A stretch of 60,955 nt of DNA, the filler included. It is 4 parts of 4 records of this genome, joined end to end, with 100 filler letters (N's around TTAATTAATTAA, not from the genome) between each part and the next. Parts side by side here need not be neighbours in the genome. Positions count along the whole stretch, not along the records: positions 38,752 to 53,129 come from SRR20825019_2057; 3 more parts are not named here. One strand, 5' to 3'. Shown in pieces: positions 42,566 through 52,291 of the stretch; the stretch's first letter is position 1, and every line of letters begins with the position of its first letter. The notes beneath the pieces are model-generated. The model was given only the letters and a program-made list of their open reading frames with translations. It was not told where the DNA came from and ran no database searches. A program made the position numbers and the translations under genes.

Positions 42566-44053
42566 ATGAAAGAGAAAATAAAAAAGTATAGAAAATCACA
42601 GGGGCCACATCCATTGACCCCAATAACCAGTTCGTGGATGCACAAAACCATGGATAATCGCGAACAAATCAATAAATTAATGGAAACATATGGTTCTCCT
42701 ATCAATTTACACTACCTGCCATCCTTTACCAAAAACATTAAAGACTTTCAAGATGTATTCAAAAAACATAAAATAAACGGGCAAATCTATTTTGCCCGAA
42801 AAGCCAACAAGTCTAAAAGTCTGGTCAAGGAAGCTTTATCGTGTGGTATTGGAGTGGATACCGCAAGTTACCAAGAATTGCACGAGGCTTTGGCCCTGGG
42901 TGGCAATGCAGAAAATTTGGTGTTGACCGCTGCCATTAAAACTAGACCGCTGATGGAATTGGCCGTAAAGCATAACATCGCGATAATAATCGATAATTAT
43001 GATGAGCTCGAATTGGTTCAGAAGGTGGCCCAAGAATTTAACTGCTTGGCCAATATTGGGATTCGGTTAAGTGGATTTACCGTGAATGGCCAAAAGCTGT
43101 ACAGTAGGTTTGGATTTGACATCGATATCGAAAAGAATAAACTTGTCGAATGGTTAGGAGACAGATCAAAATCCAATAACGTTCTTCTTACCGGTGTCCA
43201 CTTTCATTTAGATGGGTATTCCATTGAGCAAAGGGCAGAAGCGATATTACAAACCTTGGATGTAATAGAAGAATTTGAAATAGCAGCTGCTAAAATTTCG
43301 TTTCTGGATATTGGTGGCGGCATATTGATGAACTATTTGGAGTCAAAAACAGAATGGGAACAATTCCAAGACCGTTTGCAGCGGGCAGTACTGGAGAAAG
43401 ATGCACCGATTACATTTAAAAATAATGGTCTTGGGTTTGAAAAGAATTCCCAAGGGGACGGTATTTCCGGTGAGCTTAAGACATATCCCTATTTCAATCA
43501 AATTTATGGCCCTGCGTTTTTAGAACAAATTCTTACTTATAAACGCCCAGGTGATAAACCGGTTTTGCAATATGTTAGGGATAAAAACATTCAATTACGA
43601 ATAGAGCCGGGTCGGTCGTTATTGAGCCAAGTGGGCCTTACCATTGCGAAGATTGTACATAGAAAGAAGGATTCTGAAAATAATTGGTTGGTTGGGCTGG
43701 ATATGAACATGAGCCAGCTCAAAAGCTCTAGTGCCGATTTTCTTTTAGACCCGTACATTATGTATGCAGACCCAATGGAGACTGTTGAAAATACAGCATT
43801 ATATTTTACCGGAGCCTATTGTCTTGAACAAGATGTAATTCTAAAAAGAAAGCTATCCTTTCCTAAACTACCTCAAACAGGTGACTTTGCAGTTTTTGTG
43901 AATACTGGTGGATATATGATGCATTTTTATGAAACAGAAGCACACCTTTTCAGTTTATCAAAGAACTTTTATATACCCGATGATAATGAAGGTATTCTTC
44001 AGGATGATACCCTATTTGAAAAGATTGGGGACGAGGATTTGATTGAACATTAG
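42566..44053 (+). CDS. Y4yA-family fold-type III PLP-dependent decarboxylase (LysA/SbnH-like)
   Basis: 'FARKANK' (PLP lysine), 'HFHL', 'DIGGG', 'EPGRSL', 'GAYCLE' and 'NTGGY'. Confidence 0.85.
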   Translation: MKEKIKKYRKSQGPHPLTPITSSWMHKTMDNREQINKLMETYGSPINLHYLPSFTKNIKDFQDVFKKHKINGQIYFARKANKSKSLVKEALSCGIGVDTASYQELHEALALGGNAENLVLTAAIKTRPLMELAVKHNIAIIIDNYDELELVQKVAQEFNCLANIGIRLSGFTVNGQKLYSRFGFDIDIEKNKLVEWLGDRSKSNNVLLTGVHFHLDGYSIEQRAEAILQTLDVIEEFEIAAAKISFLDIGGGILMNYLESKTEWEQFQDRLQRAVLEKDAPITFKNNGLGFEKNSQGDGISGELKTYPYFNQIYGPAFLEQILTYKRPGDKPVLQYVRDKNIQLRIEPGRSLLSQVGLTIAKIVHRKKDSENNWLVGLDMNMSQLKSSSADFLLDPYIMYADPMETVENTALYFTGAYCLEQDVILKRKLSFPKLPQTGDFAVFVNTGGYMMHFYETEAHLFSLSKNFYIPDDNEGILQDDTLFEKIGDEDLIEH

Positions 44054-44266
44054 TTAAAAAAGTAGTTCGGTTTCCTTTTGTAGGTTCAGGAAATTTACAG
44101 GAATCCAATACGCAATTAATCCTTCCAAAGCATAATTATCCAAGTACAATTTCTCGATGGATTTCTTCATGCTAAATAATTGAATTGTTTGCATCAAAAA
44201 GAAATTTATATAAGGCAATTTCTTTAAAATAAATAGGATACGTTTATAAGAACAAAAAGATAAATT

Positions 44267-44668
44267 ATGAAAGTACAAGCCTATTTGGCCTTTAGGGGCA
44301 ATTGCCAAGAAGCCCTTGATTTTTATGCAAATTGTCTGGGGGCAGAGATAAAAAATAGACAGACCTATGCCGATAGAAAAATTGATGTTCCCGATGAATA
44401 TAGAGATTGCCTGCAACACGCTGAATTGAAAGCGGATGGTGTGGATTTTATGGCATATGATGCTACCCCTGATACGCCTTTGACGGATGGCACAAAAATC
44501 CATTTGAGCATTGATGTCGACACTAAGGAAAAGGCCCAAGAGATTTTTGAACAGCTTTCATCGGGAGGCCGCGTTCATCATGAGCTTCGCCAGCGAGAGT
44601 GGAATGCATTGTTTGCCAGGTTTACCGATAAATACGGTATTAACTGGATGCTTAATTGTGACCTTTAA
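44267..44668 (+). CDS. VOC family protein (PhnB/YjdN-like)
   Basis: 'YLAFRGNCQEALDFY', 'QHAEL' and 'DKYGINWMLN'. Confidence 0.9.
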   Translation: MKVQAYLAFRGNCQEALDFYANCLGAEIKNRQTYADRKIDVPDEYRDCLQHAELKADGVDFMAYDATPDTPLTDGTKIHLSIDVDTKEKAQEIFEQLSSGGRVHHELRQREWNALFARFTDKYGINWMLNCDL

Positions 44669-44929
44669 TTAAAGAGGTTATCTGGGTTATGTTGAAGGTT
44701 TCATTGATAAGATGAATACTTTAATGAGTGGTTCAAATTTCATAAAATTACTGAGGTATTCTGTCCCAATGGTATTACCATTGTAAGATACATTGCAAAA
44801 ACTTACAAATGAATGTGATATGGGACCTTGTAGAAAAGTTAGTCAAGAGAAGTGGTGCCACACGCTTCTCAGCAGTTCAGGGACACTGCAAGTGATTCCA
44901 TTTTGGTTTCCATTAATTTATATATTCAT

Positions 44930-45493
44930 TTAATTGTTTTTATCGCTTTTTTCTTTTCCTGTTTTTTCGTCTTCGCTGACTGTGAGATAATGATCGGTTT
45001 TTCCCAAACCTACAATTTTAATAATATTCACAACGGTGTTATAGAGCATGAGAACAACAACGATCAATCCCGCACTCAACAGGCTCGATATACCTAAACT
45101 GGTGTAGTATATAATAGTAAACCAATGGTCTGCTACATTGTCCGATTCGGTGATGGGTAGGTTGAATAGAAGAAAAGACATCAATGCTGCTATAAAAACA
45201 ATGGTATCGAACTTTGCGATCTGGAGGACATGGAGATAATGATCATCTTTTAATTTGGATTTGGTCCCAGAACTCAACCCTAAAAGGGTCAGTAATAAAG
45301 TAAGTGTGGTGGCGGAAGCTAGCACTATGGTATTGCATAGCATATTTAGACCTGAGAGTGAATTTTTAATCAATACTTTGGCTTCGTAACCACTAAGTTC
45401 ACCTAAAAGAAAAGAGCCCGTTAAAATAACGATTAACGATATCGCACCTCCTGTTAAGGCTCTTTTGGTATATGTGCTAGTTTGTAAATCCAT
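44930..45493 (-). CDS. hypothetical membrane protein (about 4 TM)
   Basis: 187-aa ORF with four hydrophobic segments and normal codon usage. Confidence 0.7.
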   Translation of the reverse strand: MDLQTSTYTKRALTGGAISLIVILTGSFLLGELSGYEAKVLIKNSLSGLNMLCNTIVLASATTLTLLLTLLGLSSGTKSKLKDDHYLHVLQIAKFDTIVFIAALMSFLLFNLPITESDNVADHWFTIIYYTSLGISSLLSAGLIVVVLMLYNTVVNIIKIVGLGKTDHYLTVSEDEKTGKEKSDKNN

Positions 45494-45572
45494 TACACTT
45501 CAATTTTGGTTCAAACGGTACTGTTGGGTACTTGACATTATATGGGTTTGGTCCAAAGACCGGTTTGTTTGT

Positions 45573-46208
45573 TTACTTCCTTATAGGTTCGGTCCTGACT
45601 GGAAATCCATTTGATTTAATAGAACATAATTTGGTCAAGAAATGGGCATAGCCAAAGGAATCGTCGATATGTAGATTGATGGAATCAATCATTTCTGCAA
45701 AGATGGTTCCGTCGACTTTCAAGGATTCTTCCCCAAACCATTCCAAGGCAAAGGTATACCACACTTCGCCATAAACTTTAACGGTTGCATATTCTACTTG
45801 ACATCCAAAAGGAAGATGTTCCGTAATGGATACGGGCTTGATTGCACCATTTTCTTCGGTTAGCTGTACAAGCATTAGTTCTTTTTGGACAGGAATCCAA
45901 TTACAATGTTTAAAATCAGTTATTCGGGAAAACACAGAGTCTTGCTCCTGCACATTGAAGCTCCATTTTATGAACTCATCAAAACAGCCCCAAATGTTAT
46001 CGTTGAGACCACCATATCCCCTTGTGCCCACACGATGTTTTACTTCGATTTTGCCTTCGCGCAGCTTTATACCGATATCTTCATTGTTGATATCGAGATA
46101 AAAATCGGTCCTCAACCGTTTTGAAGTACAATTGAGGTGTTGGAACCAATGCGCCAATAGTTCTTTTTTTTCTTGAAAAAACCATCTTATTTCTTTGGTC
46201 CTGTACAT
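45573..46208 (-). CDS. CYTH-like (triphosphate tunnel) hypothetical protein
   Basis: From ATG 46208: 'KEIRWFF', 'RTDFYL', 'IKLREGKIEVK' and 'KWSF'. Confidence 0.6.
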   Translation of the reverse strand: MYRTKEIRWFFQEKKELLAHWFQHLNCTSKRLRTDFYLDINNEDIGIKLREGKIEVKHRVGTRGYGGLNDNIWGCFDEFIKWSFNVQEQDSVFSRITDFKHCNWIPVQKELMLVQLTEENGAIKPVSITEHLPFGCQVEYATVKVYGEVWYTFALEWFGEESLKVDGTIFAEMIDSINLHIDDSFGYAHFLTKLCSIKSNGFPVRTEPIRK

Positions 46209-46438
46209 AGTCTCTTGTTTTTCATCATGGGTAAATAAGTAAATTAGTAAAATATTATGTGAGCGAATGACTTCAAAACAGTAAAGTTTAACTGTAAGCG
46301 TTAAGTGGTACAACCAACTGGTGCCAACACGTATAGAGTCCACAGGATTTTTCGTTACATCAATTGAATAGAAACCTTAGAACTACTTTTAATGTGGATG
46401 CTAAGCGGTAGGTATATTTGTAACCGCATTTTAATAAT

Positions 46439-46672
46439 ATAAACAACGGTTTAAAGGAAATTGAGGACACTATTAATGAGATTATTCAAAATAATAAGGA
46501 TGCCATAAAGGGGTATGAAAAGCCATCCGAAAATGCCAAATAAGCTGGACTGAAAAACTATTTTCGTACCAAATCCAAAGAAAGAAGCAATTTTCTTGTT
46601 GGATTAAAAGATTCTGCATCGGCGTGTGATACCCGGGATGGAAAAATACAATTTCAGGATACTATTGATTGA
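46439..46672 (+). pseudogene. PA2169/DUF2383 four-helix-bundle protein remnant
   Basis: Translates (ATA)NNGLKEIEDTINEIIQNNKDAIKGYEKPSENAK*AGLKNYFRTKSKERSNFL. ATA stands in place of the start codon, there is an internal TAA at 46541-46543, and the C-terminal part is lost. Confidence 0.7.
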
Positions 46673-46699
46673 TGGGCACACTAATGACACTTCACTGGA

Positions 46700-47131
46700 T
46701 TAATTATAAATAGTAAAAACACTTGTATTACTATTAATGGTCATTTGCCAATCCTGAAGATTTTTTACACACTTATAAATCAAGGTTTTTAATTGATTGT
46801 AAGACGTAGGCTTTCTGAGATACCCTGCGGCCCCCATTCTATGAAGCCGTTCTATTTCAGTCTTAAGAAACGATGTGGAATAAATGATTACCGGAATGTT
46901 TTTGAATTTTTCATCATTTCGGATATCTGACAAACATTCAAATCCGTTCATCATTGGCATGTTTAAATCCAAAAAAATAACATCGGGAAGTTTTTCCTCG
47001 GAATATAAGTTTCCCATTAAACATACGCCATCTGCAAAGGTCGAGGTTTCAATGGTTAAAGGGATCTCTTTCAAGGCTTCGGAAAAAAACAGCCTGTCAT
47101 CTTCGTCGTCGTCAGCTAAAAAGATATTCAT
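46700..47131 (-). CDS. stand-alone response regulator receiver protein
   Basis: 'LADDDEDD', 'FLDLNMP', 'YSTS' and 'YLRKP'. Confidence 0.92.
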   Translation of the reverse strand: MNIFLADDDEDDRLFFSEALKEIPLTIETSTFADGVCLMGNLYSEEKLPDVIFLDLNMPMMNGFECLSDIRNDEKFKNIPVIIYSTSFLKTEIERLHRMGAAGYLRKPTSYNQLKTLIYKCVKNLQDWQMTINSNTSVFTIYN

Positions 47132-47198
47132 GATTTAGTTGAGTTTTTAAAGATTGATTTATGTTTAAGAGAGGATTTGGTTTTCTTTAATTAATGTA

Positions 47199-47639
47199 CT
47201 ATCCCATTTCGTATAATATGGATTGAAAGTCCCTAATATTGGATTCCGTTTTTTTAAGGTGGCTTTTAAGCACATTTTTAGTTTTACGATCTATCTCCTG
47301 GTGTTCTAACAAGCTTTTGTAATCATCTTCCTTATTTCGTTCCGCTTTAATTAAACTAGCCCAAACAGAAGCATTGTCACCAACATCCGGCAGTGGTCTG
47401 GGAAACCAATAAATAGCTCTTTGGTCGGTGAGCCTTTCACTGCTTTCCACATCACCACCCAAGTCTGAAATATTTTTAATAAGCTCTTCAGCTTCCTTTT
47501 CGGCTATTTCTTCAAGTTGATTTAATTTATCTGTAGTTGGTGGATGTGTAATGGAATCAGCCAATTTTTGAAGAACTTGTTTATAATCCAAGGTATTGGT
47601 CAAAATTTTATTCAATACATCTATTATGTTGTTTTCCAT
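47199..47639 (-). CDS. ferritin-like / DUF2383-like four-helix protein
   Basis: Helical 146-aa ORF with 'LNKIL', 'ELIKNISDLGG' and 'LIKAE...DDY'. Confidence 0.55.
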   Translation of the reverse strand: MENNIIDVLNKILTNTLDYKQVLQKLADSITHPPTTDKLNQLEEIAEKEAEELIKNISDLGGDVESSERLTDQRAIYWFPRPLPDVGDNASVWASLIKAERNKEDDYKSLLEHQEIDRKTKNVLKSHLKKTESNIRDFQSILYEMG

Positions 47640-48159
47640 GGAACTCTAATTTTATCTGACGGGTTAACGTTAAAACACATTACAATAAACCAATGGCAAT
47701 GTAAAGTTTCAATTCTTAAAAGAATAATCCATTTGCACGAATTAGTAACTCGAAAAAAAATGGACTTTTTCGGATAAATGGTTCGTTTTATATCCAGTGG
47801 TTTCTGTCTATTAGAGTTCCATATGGCGGTATAACAGATGGATCTGTGCTTTATTTCTATTAGGATTTTGCTACTTAGAGGGAGCAAGTAATAATATCGC
47901 TTTTTTAGGAACAGGAATATGGCCAGTACACTTTGATTCTATAGATTTAAAACAGATCTCTCACTGCCCTTTGACGGTCTGAACAATCGAAAGATCTGTC
48001 TTGCTCTGTGCCTATCGCTTGGTCGCGATGAATAAGCGCTCCCAATAACCCCATGGGTGCGCGTAACGCTGATTACTGCGTCGATATCGCCCTTTTGAAC
48101 CTTCATCACAGCTATTGAATCGAACTATGAAGGATTGAGACTGTCCAATGGTAAATCGA

Positions 48160-48489
48160 AAAAATTAAATTTCATCCGATGCTGGTGCAATTGAGTATGT
48201 ATGTGTCTTTATGGCTAAGGAAGTTGGTATGGAAATTAATCCCTACCAATGACCTCACCTTTTCATCCGGTTCACAGGGACATCAGGGCACCCTGGGGAT
48301 GGGAGAAGGATAGTCGCCCTCAGTTACATTTACTGAAATTAGGGGAGAAAGCCAGTCTAAAACAATCCAAGGTCAATGAAATTATTGAGCAAATTAAATA
48401 CGCTCTATTATTGGGAGGATTTACCTGATGAACATGGTGTGACAAAAACGAATATCAATTTTATTCAATCCAGAATGGCAACTGTTTGA
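48160..48489 (+). pseudogene. HipA-family kinase toxin remnant
   Basis: Fragments in shifted frames: 'SDAGAIEYVCVFMAKEVGMEI', 'DLTFSSGSQGHQGTLGMGEG*' and 'HLLKLGEKASLKQSKVNEIIEQIKYAL'. The catalytic core between them is missing. Confidence 0.6.
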
Positions 48490-49648
48490 TCGAGACAAAC
48501 GGGGAATGGTAATTACAGATAAGTAGGTGATGACAGATATTTCCTTTATTTTGGGCGGTTCTATTTATCATTTGTAGTAGGCTTCAGTATCTATTTTATG
48601 GTATTAGTTGTCCATAACAACTTGATTCAGAGCAACAAAACCCAATTATTGGTTAGCTTTATTTTCCCAATCCTTAATATAGGTATCCAAGTTAATCGAC
48701 CAGATAGCATTTTTTAGAATCATATTGACAATCAACATATGCCCATGCTTTTGTTTCCTTGTCTTCAGCGTGCTTACGATTCTCCATGATTTTTAAAAAG
48801 TCATAATAAACCTGGTAAACCGAACATCTTCAGGAGGGGGGTCAGTGCTCCATCACAACAGATCGGAAGGGGTATTGTTGGAAGCAAAACGCATATCAGT
48901 AAAATCCTCTGATAATCTAGCGGAAGTGGTTTATGTACTCGAATTCTCTGATTATGCACAATTCTCAAAGTTTTTTAAGCAAAATATGCATTATTCCTAG
49001 TGATTTTCAAAAACATACCTATAAGATATTTGAGTATTTAGTGATTGGTAGACTTCAAAAGATATGGTTTCTTTTCAAAGGGTTGGTAAATAGCATGGAA
49101 GGCAACTTTATGGCCTGACATATGTCCAGTTTGAAAGAAAGGTCTTATTTTTAAAGAGAATAGCTTTTTTGGTGGCTCAGAAATTCTCAGTTTATGTCGT
49201 TTTATTTTTAAACCTTTCCCTTTTGTATATATCGCTTGTGGTTCATTATCCTTTTTCTCTTTTCGAGTGTTTACTTATCCGTTGTTTACATTTCTGGAGT
49301 TCGATTCGATTAATCATTTGAAATCAATAACATGAAAAATACTTTAAAGATCTTTATATTGCTTATAACTATGATCTTCATATCCTAAAAAGCTGGAATT
49401 CCTGCGTCAGGGCTTACCGGTTACGGATTTATTCTGATCCTAATCTTGTTATATTAAAATAGGTGGCCATACCAATGTTGATTTAAAAGGAACCTGTATG
49501 ATTTCCAGCAGTTATAGCTTTCTATCATAAAAAAAAGCTAAAGGATAATTAGGCCAATGATTAACGATCAATACTATGACAGACCAGTATACAATGTCTT
49601 ACAAAGAAAATCAACGTTTGCGAAAAGTATATATTTAAAGAGTGAATT

Positions 49649-51037
49649 ATGCATAACAAAGGGATTAGCACCTATGATGCCATTGTCATCGGATCTGGAC
49701 AAGCAGGAACCCCGTTGGTATTTAAATTGGCTTCACAAGATCAAAAAGTAGCGTTTATCGAAAAAGAGCATTTTGGGGGTACATGTCTCAACGTTGGTTG
49801 CACCCCAACCAAAACCTACGTGGCTAGTGCCAGACGTATGTGGGAGGCACAGCACGGGGAAGACATGGGCATTGAAATTCCACTTGGCACAAAGGCCAAT
49901 CTTCGTAAAATAAGAGCGAGGAAGAACACATTGATACAAAAGTCCGTTGAAGGCATTGCCAAAGAGGTGGAGCAGAGTGAAAACATCATTTTTTTTAAAG
50001 GCGAGGCTCGTTTTGAAGGTGAAAAGATTGTTGCCGTGGGCAATAAGTTCTTGACTGCTGAAGAAATATATATCAATGTTGGTTGCAGACCATTTATTCC
50101 TGATGGGTATAATGACATTCCTTACCTTACCAATCAAAGTATGTTGGAATTGGAGGAATTACCAGAACATTTACTGATTATCGGTGGAAGTTATATAGGT
50201 TTGGAGTTTGGCCAAATGTTTTCGCGTTTGGGCTCAAAAGTTACCATCGTAGAACAAGGAGACTCCATAATCGGACGTGAGGATGAGGAAACCAGCCAAG
50301 CTATTCAACAGATTATGGAAGATGATGGCGTAGCTTTCAGATTGGGGGCAAAATGTCTTGCTGCAAAAAAGAACGATAACGGGGGTATTTCAGCGCAAAT
50401 CAATTGTCCCAAGGATGGGTCGGTACAAATAGAGGGAAGCCATCTGCTGTTGGCCGTTGGTAGACGTCCCAACACTGAAGATTTACAGCTTGATAAAACA
50501 GGAGTGAAGATAAATGACAATGGATTCATTGAAGTGAATGACCACTTGGAAACCGATGTGAAGGGTATTTTTGCCTTGGGCGATTGCAATGGAAAAGGGG
50601 CATTTACCCATACCGCCTATAATGACTATGAAATTATCGCTGACAATAAATTTGGTGGAAAAAATAGAAAAGTCTCGGATAGAATCACAACCTACGGACT
50701 TTATGTTGACCCTCCTCTAGGTAGGGTGGGTATCACCGAAAGGGAAGCTCGGCAAAAAGGAATGGACGTGCTCATAGGACATCGCCCATTCAGTAAGATT
50801 GCGCGTGCCAAGGAAAAGGGAGAAACCAGTGGTTATATGAGCGTGCTGGTGGATGCAAGGACCAAGAAAATATTGGGTGCCACAGTGCTCGGTGTTGGAG
50901 GTGATGAAATCATAAGCAGCATCATCAATATTATGTATGCCCACACAGGTTATGAAGTAATACGAGACGCTGTACATCCGCATCCAACAGTTTCAGAACT
51001 TATCCCCTCCGTATTGGAATCATTGACAAAATTGTAG
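49649..51037 (+). CDS. class I pyridine nucleotide-disulfide oxidoreductase (MerA/RclA-like, lacking the C-terminal Cys pair)
   Basis: GSGQAG, GGTCLNVGCTPTK, GGSYIG, 'AFTHTA' and C-terminal HPHPTVSE. Confidence 0.88.
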   Translation: MHNKGISTYDAIVIGSGQAGTPLVFKLASQDQKVAFIEKEHFGGTCLNVGCTPTKTYVASARRMWEAQHGEDMGIEIPLGTKANLRKIRARKNTLIQKSVEGIAKEVEQSENIIFFKGEARFEGEKIVAVGNKFLTAEEIYINVGCRPFIPDGYNDIPYLTNQSMLELEELPEHLLIIGGSYIGLEFGQMFSRLGSKVTIVEQGDSIIGREDEETSQAIQQIMEDDGVAFRLGAKCLAAKKNDNGGISAQINCPKDGSVQIEGSHLLLAVGRRPNTEDLQLDKTGVKINDNGFIEVNDHLETDVKGIFALGDCNGKGAFTHTAYNDYEIIADNKFGGKNRKVSDRITTYGLYVDPPLGRVGITEREARQKGMDVLIGHRPFSKIARAKEKGETSGYMSVLVDARTKKILGATVLGVGGDEIISSIINIMYAHTGYEVIRDAVHPHPTVSELIPSVLESLTKL

Positions 51038-51043
51038 AATAGT

Positions 51044-51136
51044 ATGAAAGTCATTTGGAACATTCAGAGTGTGGCCGAGGCAAAGGGAATCGCCGGTTAT
51101 TATACTTTTTGGAACTATATGAAAGTTGAGGAATAA
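51044..51136 (+). pseudogene. 30-aa DUF427-like minigene (in-frame internal deletion)
   Basis: MKVIWNIQSVAEAKGIAGYYTFWNYMKVEE; its stop overlaps the egtB ATG (TAATG). It resembles the N-terminus (MKAIWN...AE) and C-terminus (A..I.GY..FW..V.V.E) of DUF427 proteins joined together. Confidence 0.55.
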
Positions 51137-52284
51137 TGGAACTTAAAGAACAGTTTTTAAAGACCAGAAAAAAAACAGAAACGATATGCAGTCCGCTTCA
51201 AACAGAGGATTATTTGGTACAGCCTATAGTGGATGTGTCCCCGCCAAAATGGCATTTGGCCCATACCACTTGGTTTTTTGAACAGTTTGTTTTGGTAAAG
51301 TATGATTCATATTATAGGGTGTTCCATCCAGATTTTTCCTATTTGTTCAACAGCTATTACAACCATATGGGCGAAAGGACGCAGCGACAAGATAGAGGCT
51401 TTATGACCCGACCAAGTGTTGCCAATGTTTATGAATACCGAAATTATGTCACCGTTGCCATAACGAAGGTCTTGGAAAACAACCCCAGTGATGAGGTGAT
51501 GGAGTTGGTAGAAGTCGGTATCAACCACGAACAACAGCATCAAGAATTATTGGCTTATGATATTAAATACATTTTGGGAACACAGCCTACCTTTCCAAGT
51601 ATCGGTGATTATTATATGTTGAAAGAAGAACAACAGGGCCAGCAGTGGCTCTCCTTTTCAGAAGGTCTCTATGAAATCGGTCATCAAGGTAATGGCTTTT
51701 GTTTTGATAATGAATTACCTGTACACAAGGTATATGTGCAAGATTTTGACATTAGCAACAGCTTGGTTACCAATGGAGATTTTTTGGAATTTATGGAAGA
51801 TGGAGGATATGGGGACTTTGATCTTTGGCATGATGAAGGCTGGCATTTTATACAGAACAATGCCATTAAACACCCTCTGTATTGGCATTGCAATGATGGG
51901 GCATGGCAACAGTACCATTTCAATGGTTTGGAAACGTTAAAACCCAACCTGCCCGTTTCACATATTTCCATGTACGAAGCCTATGCTTTTGCCAATTGGA
52001 AAGGAATGCGATTGCCCACTGAGTTTGAATGGGAGGTGGCAGCAGGAGAATTGCCTTGGGGGAAACTTTGGGAATGGACAAATTCGGCCTATTTGCCCTA
52101 TCCGGGATTCAACTGTGCCGAAGGTGCGCTTGGTGAGTACAACGGAAAGTTTATGATAAATCAAATGGTGTTGCGCGGAGCTTCGTTGGCTACCCCAGAA
52201 GGTCACGAAAGGGGGACTTACCGTAATTTTTTCCACGCTTCGAGTAGATGGATTTTTTCTGGAATACGACTTGTGAAACAGTAA
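51136..52284 (+). CDS. egtB: ergothioneine biosynthesis sulfoxide synthase
   Basis: DinB domain 'SPPKWHLAHTTWFFE', 'FNSYY' and the iron-binding 'HEQQHQE', plus an FGE-like domain 'RLPTEFEWE', 'EYNGKFM', 'YRNFF'. Confidence 0.93.
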   Translation: MELKEQFLKTRKKTETICSPLQTEDYLVQPIVDVSPPKWHLAHTTWFFEQFVLVKYDSYYRVFHPDFSYLFNSYYNHMGERTQRQDRGFMTRPSVANVYEYRNYVTVAITKVLENNPSDEVMELVEVGINHEQQHQELLAYDIKYILGTQPTFPSIGDYYMLKEEQQGQQWLSFSEGLYEIGHQGNGFCFDNELPVHKVYVQDFDISNSLVTNGDFLEFMEDGGYGDFDLWHDEGWHFIQNNAIKHPLYWHCNDGAWQQYHFNGLETLKPNLPVSHISMYEAYAFANWKGMRLPTEFEWEVAAGELPWGKLWEWTNSAYLPYPGFNCAEGALGEYNGKFMINQMVLRGASLATPEGHERGTYRNFFHASSRWIFSGIRLVKQ

Positions 52285-52291
52285 TTCGAAA

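Noticed and set aside
38613-44053. Bacteroidota island integrated at tRNA-fMet of the Rickettsiales genome
   Set aside because: The junction is an artificial linker that truncates both the tRNA and katE; there is no integrase or att duplication.
39740-44053. Staphyloferrin B-type siderophore cluster or ordinary cysK/lysA
   Set aside because: There is no SbnB, IucA/IucC synthetase or transporter. The enzymes carry SbnA-type (STCGS) and Y4yA-type (FARKANK) motifs rather than CysK or LysA ones.
49649-51037. Mercuric reductase merA
   Set aside because: It lacks the C-terminal Cys-Cys pair and the NmerA domain, and no merR/T/P genes are nearby.
51136-52284. Selenoneine (senA) or ovothiol (ovoA) synthase
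   Set aside because: No senB or selD neighbour is visible and there is no fused C-terminal methyltransferase. The motifs and the adjacent egtD fit EgtB.
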